Part shown: in pieces, positions 61,808-64,000 of the stretch
Layout of the letters: each line of letters opens with the position of its first letter
How positions within the stretch are numbered: position 1 is the stretch's first letter
Assembly (NCBI GenBank): GCA_043821285.1
Contig: JBDRCZ010000027.1
Location: forward strand, 18,988-82,987
Direction: 5' to 3'
Length of the DNA stretch: 64,000 bases
DNA from: Candidatus Omnitrophota bacterium
GTDB lineage: Bacteria; Omnitrophota; Gorgyraeia; B26-G9; JBDRCZ01
Translations under genes and position numbers: made by a program
Notes under the pieces: generated by a model
Databases searched by the model: none
The model's input: the letters and a program-made list of their open reading frames with translations, nothing else
Told to the model about the DNA's origin: nothing

Positions 61808-62136
61808 ATGGGAATGTTCAAAAAGAAAGTTAAAATATCTAACAGTAAAAATCCGAAGTTATCGTTTAGTGCTGATTTTTGGGTTGATACCGGTGCTTTG
61901 TATTCCTTTGTTCCTGAAGATTATCTTGAAAAAATAAAGGTAGAACCATTGGTAAAACGTAATCTTATACTTGCAGATGGTCGTCGAGACACCAGATTGC
62001 TTGGGTTTTGCAATTTTGAAATAGAAGGATTAGAAGGGTAATCCCTTGCCAGGTAATTTTTGCACCAAAGAAATCATTGTTTTTAATTGGTGCAACGGCA
62101 TTAGAAAATTTTGCCTGCATCCGCCTAGGCGGATGA
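61808..62136 (+). pseudogene. clan AA retropepsin-like aspartyl protease, frameshifted and truncated
   Basis: VDTGALYS, LADGR; continues in another frame as VIPCQVIFAP..LIGATALENF and stops at a hairpin. Confidence 0.7.
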
Positions 62137-62160
62137 CCTGAAAATGCTTGTATTTTCCGT

Positions 62161-62202
62161 AAATGAAGCCACCCTGTAGTAAGCTGCAGGGTGGCTTCAT
62201 TT
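62161..62202. repeat. REP-like near-perfect palindrome
   Basis: AAATGAAGCCACCCTG-tagtaagctg-CAGGGTGGCTTCATTT; related copy at 4531-4560. Confidence 0.75.
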
Positions 62203-62216
62203 AAAAAGCAAAGGAA

Positions 62217-62996
62217 GTGTTTTGCCGGATGGAAGAATATGAAGTTTGCAAAATCTTTCCCAAGAGAGAAGAAAAAATAGTTGACCTTGTTACCCGGGAA
62301 GTTTCCCTTGCCATTTATGTAAATGGTAAGGAGATCGTTACCCTTCTTGCCAGCCCTATGGATATTGAAGAACTGTCTGTTGGGTTTGTTTTTACTGCAG
62401 GGTTGATAAAGAGTTTTAATGAGATTAACAAACTAACCGTAGACCAAGAGAGCGGGATAGTTTATGTGGAGCTCCGGGATAAACCGCTTAATCCAGAATT
62501 AATTTTTAAAAGGGAGTTTACTTCTAATCGTGGCCGGGAAACATTGTTTTATAATCGTGTTGACGGCATGCATCGCAGCAGCGAAGGGTCAGGGATAACT
62601 ATTAACCGAAACCAGGTGTTTCAGATAATGCAGGATTTTACTAACCGTTCATTGGGTTTTAAGCAAACAGGTGGTGTGCACTCAGCGGCAATAGCTACCC
62701 GGGAAAATATTTTAATCATCAAAGAGGATATCGGCAGACACAATGCCATTGATAAGGTTTTAGGAGAAGCGCTGATGAAAGATATTGATTTAAAGGATAA
62801 AATTATCCTCTCTTCGGGCCGCGTGTCTTCGGAAATATTACTTAAAATACAAAAGACGCCAATTTGTATGATGATATCGCGCGGCGCTCCCACGGATCAG
62901 GCGATTAAACACGCCAGAAATACGAAGATGACGCTAATCGGATTTGCCCGCGGGCAGAGTATGAATGTGTATAACGCAAGAGAAAGAATTTTATAA
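62217..62996 (+). CDS. fdhD: formate dehydrogenase accessory sulfurtransferase
   Basis: TLLASP..EELSVGF, TGGVHSAA, EDIGRHNAIDKVLG, SGRVSSE, LIGFARG. Confidence 0.9.
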   Translation: MFCRMEEYEVCKIFPKREEKIVDLVTREVSLAIYVNGKEIVTLLASPMDIEELSVGFVFTAGLIKSFNEINKLTVDQESGIVYVELRDKPLNPELIFKREFTSNRGRETLFYNRVDGMHRSSEGSGITINRNQVFQIMQDFTNRSLGFKQTGGVHSAAIATRENILIIKEDIGRHNAIDKVLGEALMKDIDLKDKIILSSGRVSSEILLKIQKTPICMMISRGAPTDQAIKHARNTKMTLIGFARGQSMNVYNARERIL

Positions 62997-63108
62997 ATGG
63001 ATAAAAAGATTCCGAAGGAATTTTTTTATTAGTATTAACAATAAAAATGTTTTGTGCCGATTGCGATTGCAGGCATTGTTTTTAAACAGAATCGGTGGAG
63101 GGAATGTA

Positions 63109-64000
63109 ATGATTGAGTATGAGCAAGCACTTAAGGCAATATTGCATGATACTAAAAAATTGTCTAAAGAGAAGGTGTTTATTGAAGATTCCGCAGGCCG
63201 GGTATTAGCGGAGGATGTTTATGCAGACTTAGACATGCCGCGTTTTAATAAATCAGCAATGGACGGCTATGTGCTAAAAGAAATAGATGTGCGAAAAGTT
63301 CCGGTAAAACTAAAATGTATTGGAGTTATCGAGGCTGGCCAGAGTTTTGGCAGGATTGTTAGTAGAGGTGAGTGTGTAAAAATAATGACCGGGGCTTGCC
63401 TTCCAAAAAGTACAAATTGCGTAGTTATGAAAGAACATACCCAACAATTGGGTAAGTATGTTGAAATAACCAAATCTGTAAACAAAGGGCAAAACGTATG
63501 TCTGCAGGGAGAGGATATTAAGCAGGGAGAGAAAGTACTGGTTAAAGGTAAAGTAATTTGTACCTCAGACGTGGCGCTTTTGGCAAGTGTGGGCAGGCGT
63601 TATGTAGAAGTTGTAGGAAAACCAAAGGTTGCTATTTTAAATACCGGTGGTGAGATTGTGCCGGTCGGTGAGAAATTAAGCGGGAAAAAAATATATAATA
63701 GTAATGGCCCGCAGCTGTTAGCACTCCTAAAATCAGATAATATTAACCCCTGCTTTTTAGGGATTGCTAAGGATAAACCGCAGGAATTAAAACGAGCGAT
63801 TAAAAAAGGACTAAACGCTGATGTGCTTTTGATTTCCGGCGGGGTATCGGTAGGGGATTATGACCTGGTGCCGGAGATTTTAAAGAGTTTAGGGATAAAA
63901 GAAATATTTCATAATGTTAAATGTAAACCCGGTAAACCGCTTTTTTTTGGCCGGAATAGAAATACCATCGTCTTTGGTATTCCGGGCAATCCAGTAGCGA
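63109..64000 (+). CDS. moeA: molybdopterin molybdotransferase (partial; runs off the window)
   Basis: translated by hand: GRVLAED, FNKSAMDGY, IMTGA, NSNG, ISGGVSVGDYD, KPGKP, GIPGNP. Confidence 0.92.
   Translation, partial: MIEYEQALKAILHDTKKLSKEKVFIEDSAGRVLAEDVYADLDMPRFNKSAMDGYVLKEIDVRKVPVKLKCIGVIEAGQSFGRIVSRGECVKIMTGACLPKSTNCVVMKEHTQQLGKYVEITKSVNKGQNVCLQGEDIKQGEKVLVKGKVICTSDVALLASVGRRYVEVVGKPKVAILNTGGEIVPVGEKLSGKKIYNSNGPQLLALLKSDNINPCFLGIAKDKPQELKRAIKKGLNADVLLISGGVSVGDYDLVPEILKSLGIKEIFHNVKCKPGKPLFFGRNRNTIVFGIPGNPVA

Overview
AT-rich (~38-40% GC by eye) bacterial chromosomal window. The giant multidomain genes and gene content resemble Ca. Omnitrophota-type (PVC) genomes, but this is inference only. 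1-24 kb is mostly housekeeping: AAA_14/DUF4143 ATPase, LOG-like, pabB, PilZ, histidine kinase, class IV aminotransferase, CDF transporter, acyl-CoA ligase, thioesterase, ATP-grasp + KamA, YchF-like, TPR proteins and an NMO/FabK-like enzyme. Nested IS remnants follow at 24-25.2 kb. 25.3-60.3 kb is an accessory island with a 7342-aa giant protein (SecA domain, coiled coil, P/T linker, ~55-aa repeats, M23 peptidase, multi-TM GT2-like region), a ~1160-aa degenerate-PGK protein, a 1583-aa protein and a leader-only fragment. All four share one conserved N-terminal leader, and the three full-length proteins end in the same 'xxAI-stop' tail. Toxin-antitoxin modules and fragments and a group II intron remnant are interspersed. 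The window ends with fdhD and a partial moeA. Most intergenic regions are mosaics of 7-9 bp-period short repeats and REP-like hairpins. All calls are from motif recognition by eye; no searches were run.
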